Shown here one piece after another: positions 36,275 through 49,866 of a stretch of 64,000 bases of DNA. Location: the NCBI GenBank assembly GCA_038087875.1, contig CM075994.1, positions 10,046,001-10,110,000 of the forward strand. The letters run 5' to 3'. The position numbers and the translations under genes are program-made. Numbering within the stretch: position 1 is the stretch's first letter; every line of letters starts with the position of its first letter. Source of the stretch: Malacoraja senta (Eukaryota). Under the pieces are notes generated by a model, which had not been told where the DNA came from, searched no databases, and was given only the letters and a program-made list of their open reading frames with translations.

Positions 36275-37440
36275 TAGGTCCCACATAAGAGATTAGTATA
36301 CAAATTTAAAGCACACGGTATTGGGGGTTCAGTATTGATGTGGATAGAGAACTGGCTGGCAGACAGGAAGCAAAGGGTAGGAGTAAACGGGTCCTTTTCT
36401 GAATGGCAGGCAGTGACTAGTGGGGTACGGCAGGGCTCAGTGCTGGGACCCCAGCTATTTACAATATATATTAATGATTTGGACGAGGGAATGGAATGCA
36501 ACATCTCCAAGTTTGCGGATCACACGAAGCTGGGGGGCAGTGTTAGCTGTGAGGAGGATGCTAGGAGGCTGCAAGGTGACTTGGATAGGTTGGGTGAGTG
36601 GGCAAATGCATGGTAGATGCAGTATAATGTGGATAAATGTGAGGTTATCCACTTTGGTGGCAAAAACAGGAAAGTAGACTATTATATGAATGGTGGCCGA
36701 TTAGGAAAAGGGGAGATGCAGCGAGACCTGGGTGTCATGGCACACCAGTCATTGAAAGTAGGCATGCAGGTGCAGCACGCAGTGAAGAAAGCGAATGGTA
36801 TGTTGGCCTTCATTGCAAAAGGATTTGAGTATAGGAGCAGGGAGGTTCTGCAGTTGTACACGGTCTTGGTGAGACCACACCTGGGGTATTGCATACAGTT
36901 TTGGTCTCCTAATCTGAGGAAAGACATTCTTGCCATAGAGGGAGTACAGAGAAGGTTCACCAGACTGATTCCTGGGATGTCAGGACTTTCATATGAAGAA
37001 AGACTGGAGAGACTTGGCTTGTACTCGCTAGAATTTAGAAGATTGAGGGGGGGTCTTATAGAAACTTACAAAATTCTTAAGGGGTTGGACAGGCTAGATG
37101 CAGGAAGATTGTTCCCGATGTTGGGGAAGTCCCAGAACAAGGGGTCACAGTTTAAGGATAAGGGTGAAGTCTTTTAGGACCGAGATGAGAAAAACATTTT
37201 TCACGCAGAGAGTGGTGAATCTCTGGAATTCTCTGCCACAGAAGGTAGTTGAGGCAAGTTCATTGGCTATATTTAAGAGGGAGTTAGATGTGGCCCTTGT
37301 GGCTAAAGGGATCAGGGGGTATTGAGAGAAGGCAGGCACGGGATGCTGAGTTGGATGATCAGCCATGATCATATTGATTGGCGGTGCAGGCTCGAAGGGC
37401 CGAATGGCCTACTCCTGCACCTATTTTCTATGTTTCTATT
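36275..37440 (+). mobile_element. CR1 LINE RT/3' fragment, preceded by minus-strand CR1 fragments at 35706-36275
   Basis: RT motifs with stops and a frameshift; conserved 3' UTR. Confidence 0.88.
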
Positions 37441-37720
37441 CCTTTAAATCGAGGCTTAAAACCCATTTCTACTCCCTAGCGTTTTTGAGGTCCTCTGAGG
37501 GGGTGCTGTGAACAGTTTATGTATGTATTGTTAGGTCTGTGTACCATTATATGTAGCACATTAGTACCTGCACTGATGTACAGCACTTTGATCAACGTGA
37601 GTTGTTTATAAATGTGCTATACATATAAAATTGACTGATTGATTGATAGATGTGTGGGTAGATATGTGTGTAGATATATGTGTGTAGATGTGTGTGTGTA
37701 GATATATGTGTGCAGATATA

Positions 37721-39430
37721 TTGTATTGTATTGTATTGTATATCTTTATTGTCATTTCCTGAGTATTCGCATACCCAGAGGAAACAAAAAAACGTTCCTC
37801 AACCAGTGTCCATTTCAGTGTGTGCAGTAAAAAATAAATAGAAGTAAAAATACATATATCATGAACAAATTAACACTCTACTCTAGTAAACATCAACAGG
37901 CGTTCCGATCGGCAGCGGCAGGACAGTGGCTCTGCTGCAGTGTGTCCAGGCTGGTGGTTGGTGCACGATACTTTGGCAGGGGACAAAGTCCGTTTATCAG
38001 TCTTATAACCTGCGGGAAGAAGCTGAGGAGCATCCTGCTGGTTTCGCACCTAATGCTCCGGTACCTCTTCCCAGATGGCAGGATGGAGAATATATGATGG
38101 GATGGGTGGTAGGGGTCTTTGATGATGGAGATGGCTCTGCTGATACATCTCTTCCTGTATATGTCCAGCAGGAAAGGGAGTGGAGCACCAATAATCCTGC
38201 TGGCGGTCTTCACAATCCTGTCTAGTTGGTGCCGTTCGTACGCCTTGCAGCTCCCGAACCAGGAAGTGATGCCGTAGGTTAATGTGCTCTCGATTGTCCC
38301 CCTATAAAAAGTTCGTAGGTGTGTAGTGGGGAGACCTGCTTTACGTAGTCTTCGGAGAGGGTGTAGTCGCTGCTGGGCTCTCTTGACCAGTGCTGTGGTG
38401 TTGGTCGTGGACGTCAGGTCATCTGACAGGTGGAGTCCTAGGAACTTCACGCTGTTGACCCTTTCCACATCAGCTCCATCGATGTGCAGAGGTGTATGGT
38501 GTTGTTTTCCCGCCCTCCTGAAGTCAACCACCATCTCCTTAGTTTTTCCCACGTTGAGAATGACGTTGTGGGATTTGCACCATCCTGTGAGCAGCTCCAC
38601 CTCCATCCTGTACGCCGACTCATCATTGTCACTGATGAGACCCACCACTGTTGTGTCATCAGCGAACTTGTTGATGAAGTTGTTGTTGAGTCTAGCAGTA
38701 CAGTCCTGTGTTAGCAGACTAAACAGCAGGGGGGCTTAGGACACAGCCTTGGGGCGAGCCAGTGCTCATGGCTATGGTTTTTGATGTCCTACTGCCCACC
38801 CTGACTGTCTGCTGCCGTTGCGACAGAAAGTTCAGGACCCAGTTACATGTGCCAGCATCAACTCCCAATAGCTCCAACTTCTCCACCAACTGCTGCGGAA
38901 TGATTGTATTAAAAGCAGAGCTGAAGTCTATGAAGAGGATCCTGGCACAAGTATTTTTCCGATCAAGGTGTGACAGTACGAGGTTCAGTGTTGTTGAGAC
39001 TGCGTCCTCTGTGGATCGGTTGGCTCTGTAGGCGAACTGCAGTGGGTCTAGGTCGGCAGGTAGACTATTTTTGATATGCTGCATAACCAGTCGCTCAAAA
39101 CACTTCATTACTATGGGTGTTAGAGCCACTGGTCGAAAGTCATTATGGCAGGCTGGGTTTGGTTTCTTCGGGACAGGGACGATGGTGGCACTCTTAAGAC
39201 AGTTGGGCACTACTGCCTGGCTGAGTGAGATGTTAAAAATGTCTGTGAAAACATCTTTCAGTTGCTCGGCGCAGTCTCTTAAAACGCATCCAGGAATGTT
39301 GTTCGGCCCTGCAGCTTTGCGTGGGTTGATGCTGGCAAAGGCCTTTTTAACTCCGGCTGCGGACAGCCTGAGCGACTGGTCACTTGGAGATGGCAGTAGT
39401 GCACGTGTCTGGGTGGTGTTTCCAACCTCA
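37721..39430 (-). mobile_element. Rex1/Babar-like LINE, RT and 3' end
   Basis: [35 protein letters not shown]; (tacaa)n tail; one frameshift near 38730. Confidence 0.9.
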
Positions 39431-40589
39431 ATGTGTGTGTGTGAAGATCTATGTGTGTAGATATATATGTGTGTGTAGATATATTTGTGTGTGTAGATAT
39501 ATATGTGTGTGTGTAGATATATATATGTGTGTAGATATATATGTGTATAGATATATATGTATGTGTAGATGTATATGTGTGTGGGTAGATATATGTGTGT
39601 GTAGATATGTGTGTGTAGATATATGTGTGTAGATAAATATGTGTGTGTGTAGATATATGTGTGTAGAAATATATGTGTGTGTGTGTGTAGATATATATGT
39701 GTGTAGATATATGTGTGTAGATATATGTGTGTAGATATATATGTGTGTGTGTAGATATATGTGTGTAGATATATATGTGTGTGTGTGTAGATATATGTAT
39801 GTGGAGATATATGTGAAGATATATGTGTGGATAATAAGTGTGTAGATATATGTGTGTGGGTGTGTAGATTTGTGTGTAGATATGTGTGTGTAGATGTATA
39901 TGTGTGTGTGTAGATATGTGTGTGTGTAGATATATGTGTGTGTGTAGATATATGTGTGTATGTGTAGATGTATATATGTGTGTGTGTAGATGCATATATA
40001 TGTGTGTAGATATATGTGTGTAGATATATGTGTGTGTTGATAAATATGTGTGTGAAGATATATGTGTGTAGAAATATATGTGTGTGTGTGTAGATATATG
40101 TGTGTGTAGATATGTGTGTGTGTAGATATATGTGTGTGTAGATATATGTGTGTGTAGATATATGTGTGTGTAGATATATATGTGTGTAGATATGTGTGCA
40201 GATATATATGTGTGTGTGTCTAGATATATGTATGTGGAGATATATGTGTGAAGATATATGTGTGTGCAGATAATATGTGTGTAGATATGTGTGTGTGTAG
40301 ATATATGTGTGTGTGTGTAGATTTGTGTGTACATATATGTGTGTGTAGATGTATATGTGTGTGTGTAGATGTATATGTGTGTGTGTAGATATGTGTGTGT
40401 GTGTGTAGATATGTGTGAGTGTAGATATATGTGTGTGTAGATATATGTGTGTATGTGTAGATTTATATATGTGTGTGTGTAGATGCATATGTGTGTGTAG
40501 ATATATGTGTGTGTAGATATATGTGTGTGTGTGTAGATATGTGTGTAGATATAGGTGTGTATGTAGATATATGTGTGTGTGTAGATATA

Positions 40590-42206
40590 CAGTGGCTTGC
40601 AAAAGTATTCATACCCCTTGAACTTTTCCACATTTTGTCACATTACAACCACAAACGTAAATGTATTTTATTGGGATTTTATGTGATAGACCAACACAAA
40701 GTGGTGCATAATTGTGAAGTGGAAGGAAAATGATACATGGTTTTCAATTTTTTTTACAAATAAAAAACTGAAAAGTGTGGCGTGCAAAAGTATTCAGCCC
40801 CCCTGAGTCAATACTTTGTAGAACCACCTTTCGCTGCAATTACAGCTGCAAGTCTTTTGGGGTAGGTCTCTACCAGCTTTGCACATCCAGAGACTGAAAT
40901 TTTTGCCCATTCTTCTTTGCAAAATAGCTCAAGCTCAGTCAGATTGGATAGAGAGCGTCTGTGAACCGCAATTTTCAAGTCTTGCCAGAGATTCTCAATT
41001 GGATTTAGGTCTGGACTTTGACTGGGCCATTCTAACACATGAATATGCTTTGATCTAAACCATTCCATTGTAGCTCTGGCTGTATGTTTAGGGTCGTTGT
41101 CCTGCTGGAAGGTGAACCTCCGCCCCCGTCTCAAGTCTTTTGCAGACTCTAACAGGTTTTCTTCCAAGATTGCCCTGTATTTGGCTCCATTCATCTTCCC
41201 ATCAACTCTGACCAGCTTCCCTGTCCCTGCTGAAGAAAAGCATCCCCACAGCATGATGCTGCCACCACCATGTTTCACAGTGGGGATGGTGTGTTCAGGG
41301 TGATGTGCAGTGTTAGTTTTCCGCCACACATAGCATTTTGCATTTAGGCCAAAAACTTCGATTTTGGTCTCATTTGACCAGAGCACCTTCCTCCACGTGT
41401 TTGCTGTGTCCCCCACATGGCTTGTGGCAAACTGCAAACGGGACTTCTTATGGCTTTTTTTCAACAATGGCTTTCTTCTTGTCACTCTTCCATAAAGGCC
41501 CAATTTGTGAAGTGCACGACTAATAGTTGTCCTGTGGACAGATTCTCCCACCTGAGCTGTGGATCTCTGCAGCTCCTCCAAAGTTACCATGGGCCTCTTG
41601 GCTGCTTCTCTGATCAATGCTCTCCTTGCCCGGCCTGTCAGTTTAGGTGGACGGCCATGTCTTGGTAGGTTTGCAGTTGTGCCATACTCTTTCCATTTTC
41701 GGATGATGGATTGAACAGTGCTCCGTGAGCTGTTCAAAGCTTGGGATATTTTTTTATAACCTAACCCTGCTTTAAACTTCTCCACAACTTTATCCCTGAC
41801 CTGTCTAGTGTGTTCCTTGGGCTTCATGATGCTGTTTGTTCACTAATGTTCTCTAACAAACATCTGAGGCCTTCACAGAACAGCTGTATTTATACTGAGA
41901 TTAGATTACACACAAGTGGACTCTATTTACTAATTAGGTGACTTCTGAAGGCAATTGGTTGCACTGGATTTTATTTAGGGGTATCAGAGTAAAGGGGGCT
42001 GAATACTTTTGCACGCCACACTTTTCAGTTTTTTATTTGTAAAAAAATTTGAAAACCATGTATCATTTTCCTTCCACTTCACAATTATGCGCCACTTTGT
42101 GTTGGTCTATCACATAAAATCCCAATAAAATACATCTACGTTTGTGGTTGTAACGTGACAAAATGTGGAAAAGTTCAAGGGGTATGAATACTTTTGCAAG
42201 CCACTG
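40590..42206 (-). mobile_element. Tc1 transposon copy A, 1617 bp, about 210-bp TIRs, TA TSD
   Basis: TA-cagtggcttgcaaaagtattc ... gaatacttttgcaagccactg-TA. Confidence 0.96.
40808..41827 (-). CDS. Tc1 DD34E transposase (339 aa), first catalytic Asp replaced by Asn
   Basis: GRPPK, WSNETK, QQDNDPKH, SPDLNPIE. Confidence 0.93.
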   Translation of the reverse strand: MKPKEHTRQVRDKVVEKFKAGLGYKKISQALNSSRSTVQSIIRKWKEYGTTANLPRHGRPPKLTGRARRALIREAAKRPMVTLEELQRSTAQVGESVHRTTISRALHKLGLYGRVTRRKPLLKKSHKKSRLQFATSHVGDTANTWRKVLWSNETKIEVFGLNAKCYVWRKTNTAHHPEHTIPTVKHGGGSIMLWGCFSSAGTGKLVRVDGKMNGAKYRAILEENLLESAKDLRRGRRFTFQQDNDPKHTARATMEWFRSKHIHVLEWPSQSPDLNPIENLWQDLKIAVHRRSLSNLTELELFCKEEWAKISVSGCAKLVETYPKRLAAVIAAKGGSTKY

Positions 42207-42717
42207 TATGTGTGTGTAGATATATGCGTGTGTAGATATTGTGTGTGTTGATATATGTTTGTGTGTAGATATATAAGTGTGTGTAGATGTGTGTAGATAT
42301 ATATGTGTGTGTAGATATATGTGTGTGTGTGTGTGTGTAGATATATGTGTGGGTGCAGGTATATATATGTGTGTGTGTGTGTGGATATATATGTGGTTTT
42401 TTAAAAAATATTTTAATTTGATTAGAAGTAAGTACAATCATATGGCACCAAAGTGCCTAATATATAATGACATAATACATTTTATGTACAGCTTTTAATT
42501 TTTTTTATTATGATAAAGAAGAATAAGAAAAAGAAAGTAGATAGTAAAAGATAGAAAAACGTGAGGTATATAGTGTGTGAAAAAGAAAAAAAAAGAGTGA
42601 AAGAAGAAAATTGAAGAAAAGAAAATAGAAAAAGAGTAGAAAATAAAAAAAGAAAAGTAAGGAGATCATTATTTATAATCTTGACCATCCCTCACGCAGT
42701 CCTGGAACAGTTAGCTT

Positions 42718-45700
42718 CTACAATTCTGTTGCACCATATGATTCCAAAAAGACGACAAATGGAGACCAACTCGTTAAGAATTGGTTTGATTTATCTATTA
42801 GGAGGAATTGCATTTCCTCAAGATGTGCGGTGTCCAACATGCTTGAAATCCACACTTTTAAGCGTTGGTATTGGTGTATTTTTCCAGAATTTAAGTATTA
42901 GTGTTTTTGCTATTATTAAACCATAATTTAAAAATAAATTTTGTGATGAGTTCAATTTATTCCCATCTTCCATTACTCCAAATATAATCATTTCAATATT
43001 AGGTTCTATTCTTATCTTGAATAATTTTGTAAATATTTCAAAAATATCACTCCAAAATTTATAAAGTTTTATGCAGGAAACGAAAGAGTGTGTTATAGTT
43101 GCGTTTTGGGATAGACATTTATCAGAAATGGGGGATATATTTGGATAAAATTTATTCAATCTTGTTTTTGAATAATATAATGTATGTAAAATTTTAAATT
43201 GAATTAAATTATGTCTTGCATTAATCGAACATTTGTGTATATATATCAAATACTTTTCCCATGTAACCTTCGTAATTTTTATCATTAATTCCCGTTCCCA
43301 CTCTTCTCTACCTCTGTCAATGGTAGGTATATATTTAAAGTACTATTATATAAATATGATATTAATTTCTGTGAGTCAGCCTTAATATTCATTGCTTCTT
43401 CCAGTAAATCAAAAGTTGTTTTTTGATATCCTTGTATGTATTTCTTCATGAAATCGCAAATCTGAAGATATTTAAAATATTGGTTATTTTTCAGTTTAAA
43501 TTTTAATTGTGTTGGAATGATAATAGATTTCCCATTTCATACATATCACCGATCCTTTTAATTCCCATTCTTTCCCATTGGTTATATGTTTTATCAATAA
43601 GAGATGGTTTAAATAAAGGATTATTCGCTATTGGCATTAACAATGATAAATTTCTTAATTTTAGAGATAATTTTATTTGTTTCCAAATTCTTATTGTATC
43701 GTGTATAATTGGGTTCTTCTTATATATTGTGTTGTTCAGTTTTTTTGGGGAGAAGAGGATCGTTCCTATATTACAAGGAAAACAATCCTCTTTCTCAATT
43801 CTTATCCATTCTGTCTGTTGGGTAGAACTGTCCAACCAGTAAATGATATTCTTAATATGCACTGCCCAATAGTAATACAAAAAATTCGGGAGTGAAAGTC
43901 CCCCAACATCTTTTGGTTTACATAAGTGTTTTATTTTTATTCTGTGTGATCTATAATCCCAAATAAAATTAGTAATATTAGAGTCGAATTAAAAAAAAAA
44001 AAATGTTGGTATATATAATGGTATAGATTGAAATAGGTATAATAATTGTGGTAGGAAAATCATTTTTATAGCGTTTATTCTACCTATTAATGATAAAGGA
44101 AGTGTTTTCCAAAATTTAATCAACGTATTGAATTTATTTAATAAAGATATAAAATTAGTGTTGAATAATGCTTTATATTTTCTAGTAATTTGAATACCCA
44201 AATATTTAAATTTTTCTGTTGCAATTTTAAAGGGGAACTTCAATAAGTGTGTAGATTCTTGTGGTTTTAACGTCATAATTTCACTTTTATTCCAGTTTAT
44301 TCTATATCCAGAAAAGGACCCGAATTCCTCTATTAAATTTAATAAATTTGGTATGCTCGTTTGTGAATTTGTAATATATAGAAGTATATCGTCTGCATAT
44401 CATGAAATGTTATTATTTGAGTCCCTAGTATTGTAACCCTGAATATTCGGATGAATTCTTTTACTTTCAGCCTATCATAAGGGCAAATAGCAGGGGTGAT
44501 AACGCACATCCCTGCCTATTGCCCCTTGATAATTGAAATTTTGGAGATAACATATTATTGGTTAATATTCTTGCCATCGGTTTATCATATAATAAATTTA
44601 CCCATGCAATTAAATTCTTTCCCATATTAAATTTTTGCAGCACTTTATATAAATACTGCCACTCTACCTGGTCAAATGCTTTCTCTGCGTCCAGAGAAAC
44701 AATTGATATATCTTCTTCCTCCATTTTATGTGAGTACATTATATTAAACAGGCGTCTCAAATTATTAAATTAATATCTTTTGGGTATAAACCCCGTTTGA
44801 TCAGGATTTATCAATTTACTAATATATTTACTTAATCTTCTTGCTAAAGTCTTTGCTAAAATTTTCTGGTCTGTATTTAAAAGTGATATAGCTCTCTATA
44901 TGAGCCCGGATCGTCTAAATCTTTATCTTTTTTTGGAATAAGCGTAATAGTTGATTCTGTTAACGTTTCAGGTAGTTTATTTTCTTTAAAAGCGTGAGTA
45001 TATAAATTAAATAAATATGGAGTCGTTATCTCATGACATTTTTTATAAAATTCATTACTAAAACCATCTGGTTTTTCAACGATTTTATTGTTTCACCTAT
45101 TTCTTCGAGTGTAATTTGAGCTCCAAGTTCCTCTTGTTCCAAAAGATCAAGTTTTGGAAGATTACAGTTATCTAAAATTTTTTTAATTTTACAATTTCTA
45201 TTTTAGTTTTAGATGTATATAAATGTTGATAAAATTGAGCAAATCTATTGTTAATATCTTTAGGTAATATTAGTAATTCACCTTTCTCTGATTTAATTTT
45301 AGTTATAGTATTTTCCTTTTCTTGTTTTTTCAATTGACGAGCTAAAAGCTTATGTGGTTTGTCACCAAATTCAAAATGTTCCTGTTTTGTAATTTGGAAT
45401 AATCTTATAACTCTTGCCGATAAACTTTGATTAAGTTTAAATTTCAGTAGTATTATATTATGTTTATCTGTAGTAGGATCTTTGGCATTATCTAACTCTA
45501 ACTGTCTAATTTCTTGTTCTAGCAACAGTTGTTCTGTCTTATTCTTTTTATTTTGAAAAATTTGATATGAAATTATAATTCCTCTAATAAATGCCTTGAA
45601 AGTTTCCCATAATAAAGAAGGCAAAATACCTGGTGTATCATTTGTTTCAAAAAAAAGTTTCATTTGTTGTTTTAAATATTGATAACCTTGTAAGTCGTAT

Positions 45701-46495
45701 AAAAAATGTGTATTAAACCTCCAAAAAGATTTTTTACCTGGCATTCCCTCGAATTTTACTAAAAATGTCAACGGGGAGTGATCAGAAATACTACTGATGT
45801 TGTATGTTGGATTAATTGTATATGGCATTAATTTCATATCCACTAAAAAATAATCAATTCGTGAATAAGTTTTATGTACCGATGAGTAAAACGAGTGTTC
45901 CCTTCCAACTGGATTAGCAGATCTCCATACATCTGTTATATTAGTATTTTCTAAAATATGTATTTAGAAGTTCACTAGTCTTAGATTTTAAATTACTCCT
46001 CCTTTGTTTTGCTGATTTGTCTAAATATGGATCTAAAACACAATTGAAGTCCCCCCCTATTATTACATTTTGGTAATTAAACTCTGATATTATATCTATA
46101 ATTTTATTGAAAAATTGGGGGTTGTCAAAATTTGGAGCGTAAATATTTATCATAGTTAGTGGGGTTGCATAAATTTATCCCGAAACTATAATATACCTTC
46201 CCTCTTTATCTGATATAGTATTCTTTAATTTAAAAGGTATACCTTTTCGAATAAGAATAGCTGTACCTCTAGATTTAGAAGTAAATGACGAATAGTATGT
46301 TTGACCTATCCACTTCGCCTTTAATCTCATCTGTGTTTGTTGTTTCATGTGGGTTTCCTGTAAAAACATTATGTCGCTTTTCAAAGATTTTAGTTGAGCA
46401 AAAATTTTACCCCTCTTAATTGGTTCATTGGCACCCCTTATATTCCAACTACAAAATGTAATTCCTCCATTCTTTATTTGTCTATCGTCTTGCAT
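42718..46495 (-). pseudogene. L1 ORF2 (APE-RT-Cys), multiply frameshifted
   Basis: SWNIRG, FLQETH, GGDFN, SDHSP, SLDAEKAFD, RQGCALSPLLF fragments. Confidence 0.9.
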
Positions 46496-47991
46496 TATAT
46501 ATCAATATAGTATTCTTGAATCATATGGTGCAACCAAATACCTCAGAATTCTGGGTGTTGGGTGGTCATCCCGAGTTTTTAGATTTATATTACATCTCCT
46601 TCCTGTATAGAAAAAGAAAAAGAAAGAAAAAATGTGATATAACATTGATTACAAAAAAAAAGCAAATAGAAGTCTTTATAGTGATTTCTTTTTAAAAAGT
46701 GATGATAAGGTATCTAAGAAAAGATACCTTAAAGACGAATAGCCACCTAAGGTGGCGAAAAATGTATGGACTTCCGTTGATGTTGTTGTACATTGAGCTC
46801 CAACCCCTTAACAGAGCCTCATGAAAAGCTACAGACCGTTTCATATGTTGTCTTTTCAAGGTTCAAGGTATTTTTATTAGTCACATTCACATACACCCAG
46901 GTGTAGTGAAGTGAAATACTTTTTGCCATTATGCAGCACACAAAAAAGAGAATACAGACATAACACCAAGAGAGTCTTAACACTGAACATCCCCCCACAA
47001 TGGCTCCCACCATGAGGGAAGGCATGAGAGAAAAGCTGCCTCTCCGGCCAGGTAGGGACCCTGAAAGGTAGTTTCCCCCTCCCCCCACCCACCCCCCACA
47101 CAAAAAAGTCTAGACCTCCAAAACAAAACACTATACTAACAAAAATAAAAAATAAAGATGAAAGGACAGACAGCTGCTGGCTGGGCAGCCGCACACAGGA
47201 CAGCGCCCCCCAAATCTTGTATAATTTTCTTATATAAATTTATCAAACCATCAAACCGAAAGAGTTCAGAAAAAGAAATAAAAAACGTATGTTCAGTTCT
47301 ATAAGTATATATGCCTTTCCAATTTATCTAACCTTAATCTAGTCTAAACTTTACCATATATATCCACCCAAAATTCTTACATAATATCCCATTCTTTAAC
47401 TACCATACAAGCAAGTACCAAGGGGTTAAACAAAACCACACTTCTGGATCTTTTCCAGGTGTATGCTGCGCCCAACTCCTTCCCACACAGTATTAGTTTG
47501 TTAGTATTTTCATAAACATTTTAGTTAGTTACTATTTATAAGTATATATCATTACTATTAGTTCATTTCCCTTAACTATTTTAAATATATAAAAATCAAA
47601 ATTATGTACACTCCCATTATCTCCTTCCCCGCCTCATGGTTTATTCATGATTTATTCATATTTGCCACATACATTCACAAATAATTAGTATTATTAAATT
47701 TGTTAAAATAATTGGTTATTTATAATTAAAATATAATGATTAGAGATTTTCTTAAATCAACAGTTTTTATATTGCAATTATTATTATTATCTTGTTCCAT
47801 GTCCATTATACATTCCCTCATTAATTCTGTATCTTCAACATCCTTTTGTTTATCTTTAAGCTTTTAATTCAAGGTGAAACATGGACAGTACTCTTGAAAA
47901 CACATTCCAGACAGATAAGCATATCTAGTAACTGTCTGGAAAGTTCCGCCATCTTATCCAGTTCAAAATTCTGTCTCAAAAGTTTAAAAGT

Positions 47992-48564
47992 TCAATCTTC
48001 TTCCTTGTCGACATCTTCCCCCGATGTTTTCTTTACGATATCCTCTGCGTGCTTAAAAGCTTTTTCGGGATCTGTAAATGAGCGTTCAGTGCCCTTATGA
48101 GTAATCTTAATTTTTGCCGGATAGACCACCCCGTATCTCACACCTGGCACACCTTTCAGAATGTTTCTTGTCTGTGTAAACAATTTCCTTTTCTGGACGA
48201 CCTCCGGGGGATAATCATGGAAAAATCGAAAATTATCCCCATGAATTTTTTGAGAGATTGTGTCCATACTCTGCATATTACTCTCCAGATTAGTCTCCAT
48301 ACTCTGCAATTTGGTCTCCATATTAGACTCCATACTCTGCAGCTTTTCCAGTGTAATATTCATTGTAGCAGTCATATCTAAAAGCATTTGCTTCACCTCC
48401 TTCTCCTCCTTGTCTCCTTTTGCAGCCATTTCAAGCACAGATCCTTGGCTGCAAGACTCTTCTTCTGAGCTTTCTTCTGTGGTTTGCAGAGTATCCAAAG
48501 CTTTCTCAAGCTGGAGACTTACAGTGATCTTCTTAGGTGCTCGTGAGCTTTTCTCTTTGCTCAT
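47992..48564 (-). CDS. L1 ORF1-like protein (190 aa), apparently lacking the central RRM
   Basis: Heptad repeats (LQSMESNMETK) followed directly by the CTD motif FFHDYPPEVVQKRK..YPAKIKIT. Confidence 0.7.
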   Translation of the reverse strand: MSKEKSSRAPKKITVSLQLEKALDTLQTTEESSEEESCSQGSVLEMAAKGDKEEKEVKQMLLDMTATMNITLEKLQSMESNMETKLQSMETNLESNMQSMDTISQKIHGDNFRFFHDYPPEVVQKRKLFTQTRNILKGVPGVRYGVVYPAKIKITHKGTERSFTDPEKAFKHAEDIVKKTSGEDVDKEED

Positions 48565-48940
48565 TTAAAACTCCCGTTAAACTCCCGATTTTCGCGTCGC
48601 TTTCTGATGACGTCACTCAAACAGCTCCGGTGAGTTTTTTTAAATCGGTCCTGACTCTGAAAACGTCTTTTTAGCGATTTTTACGGGAAAGGAGTTCAAT
48701 ACAGCGCCCTTAGTGCTCCATGGCGCAACCGGAAGTCCGTGGATATATATGTGTGTGTGTAGATATATATATATATGTGTGTGTGTAGATATATATATAT
48801 GTGTGTGTGTGTAGATAAATATGTGTGTGTGTGTGTGTGTGTAGATATATGTATGTGTGTGTAGATAAATATGTGTGTGTGTAGGTATATATGTGTGTGT
48901 GTGTAGATATATGTATATATGTGTGTAGATATATGTGTAG

Positions 48941-49745
48941 ATGGTGGTTGACTTCAGGAGGGAGGGAAAACACCATACACCTCTGCACATCGATGGAGCT
49001 GATGTGGAAAGGGTCAACAGCGTGAAGTTCCTAGGACTCCACCTGTCAGATGACCTGACGTCCACGACCAACACCACAGCACTGGTCAAGAGAGCCCAGC
49101 AGCGACTACACCCTCTCCGAAGACTACGTAAAGCAGGTCTCCCCACTACACACCTACGAACTTTTTATAGGGGGACAATCGAGAGCACATTAACCTACGG
49201 CATCACTTCCTGGTTCGGGAGCTGCAAGGCGTACGAACGGCACCAATCAGACAGGATTGTGAAGACCGCCAGCAGGATTATTGGTGCTCCACTCCCTTTC
49301 CTGCTGGACATATACAGGAAGACATGTATCAGCAGAGCCATCTCCATCATCAAAGACCCCTACCACCCATCGCATCACATATTCTCCATCCTGCCATCTG
49401 GGAAGAGGTACCGGAGCATTAGGTGCAAAACCAGCAGGATGCTCCTCAGCTTCTTCCCGCAGGTTATAAGACTGATAAACGGACTTTGTCCCCTGCCAAA
49501 GTATCGTGCACCAACCACCAACCTGGACACACTGCAGCAGAGCCACTGTCGTGCCGCTGCCGATCGGAACGCCTGTTGATGTTTAGTAGAGTAGAGTGTT
49601 CATTTGTTCATGATATATGTATTTTTACTTTTATTTATTTTTTACTGCACACTGAAATGGACACTGGTTAAGGAACGTTTTTTTGTTTCCTCTGGGTATG
49701 CGAATACTGAGGAAATGACAATAAAGATATACAATACAATACAAT
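48941..49745 (+). mobile_element. Rex1/Babar-like 3' fragment, near-identical to 37721-38535
   Basis: Same peptide and (tacaa)n tail in the opposite orientation. Confidence 0.9.
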
Positions 49746-49866
49746 GTGTGTGTGTAGATATATATATATATGTGTGTAGATATATATGTGTGTGTGTAGA
49801 TATATGTGTGTGTGTGTGTAGATATATGTGTGTGTGTGTGTAGATATATATGTGTGTGTAGAAATA

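Larger units (their letters stand above)
42396..48738 (-). mobile_element. End-to-end L1-clade LINE (about 6.3 kb) with 15-bp TSD
   Basis: TSD gtggatatatatgtg at 42381-42395 and 48739-48753; 5' start ggacttccgg; ORF1, long spacer, degraded ORF2. Confidence 0.9.
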
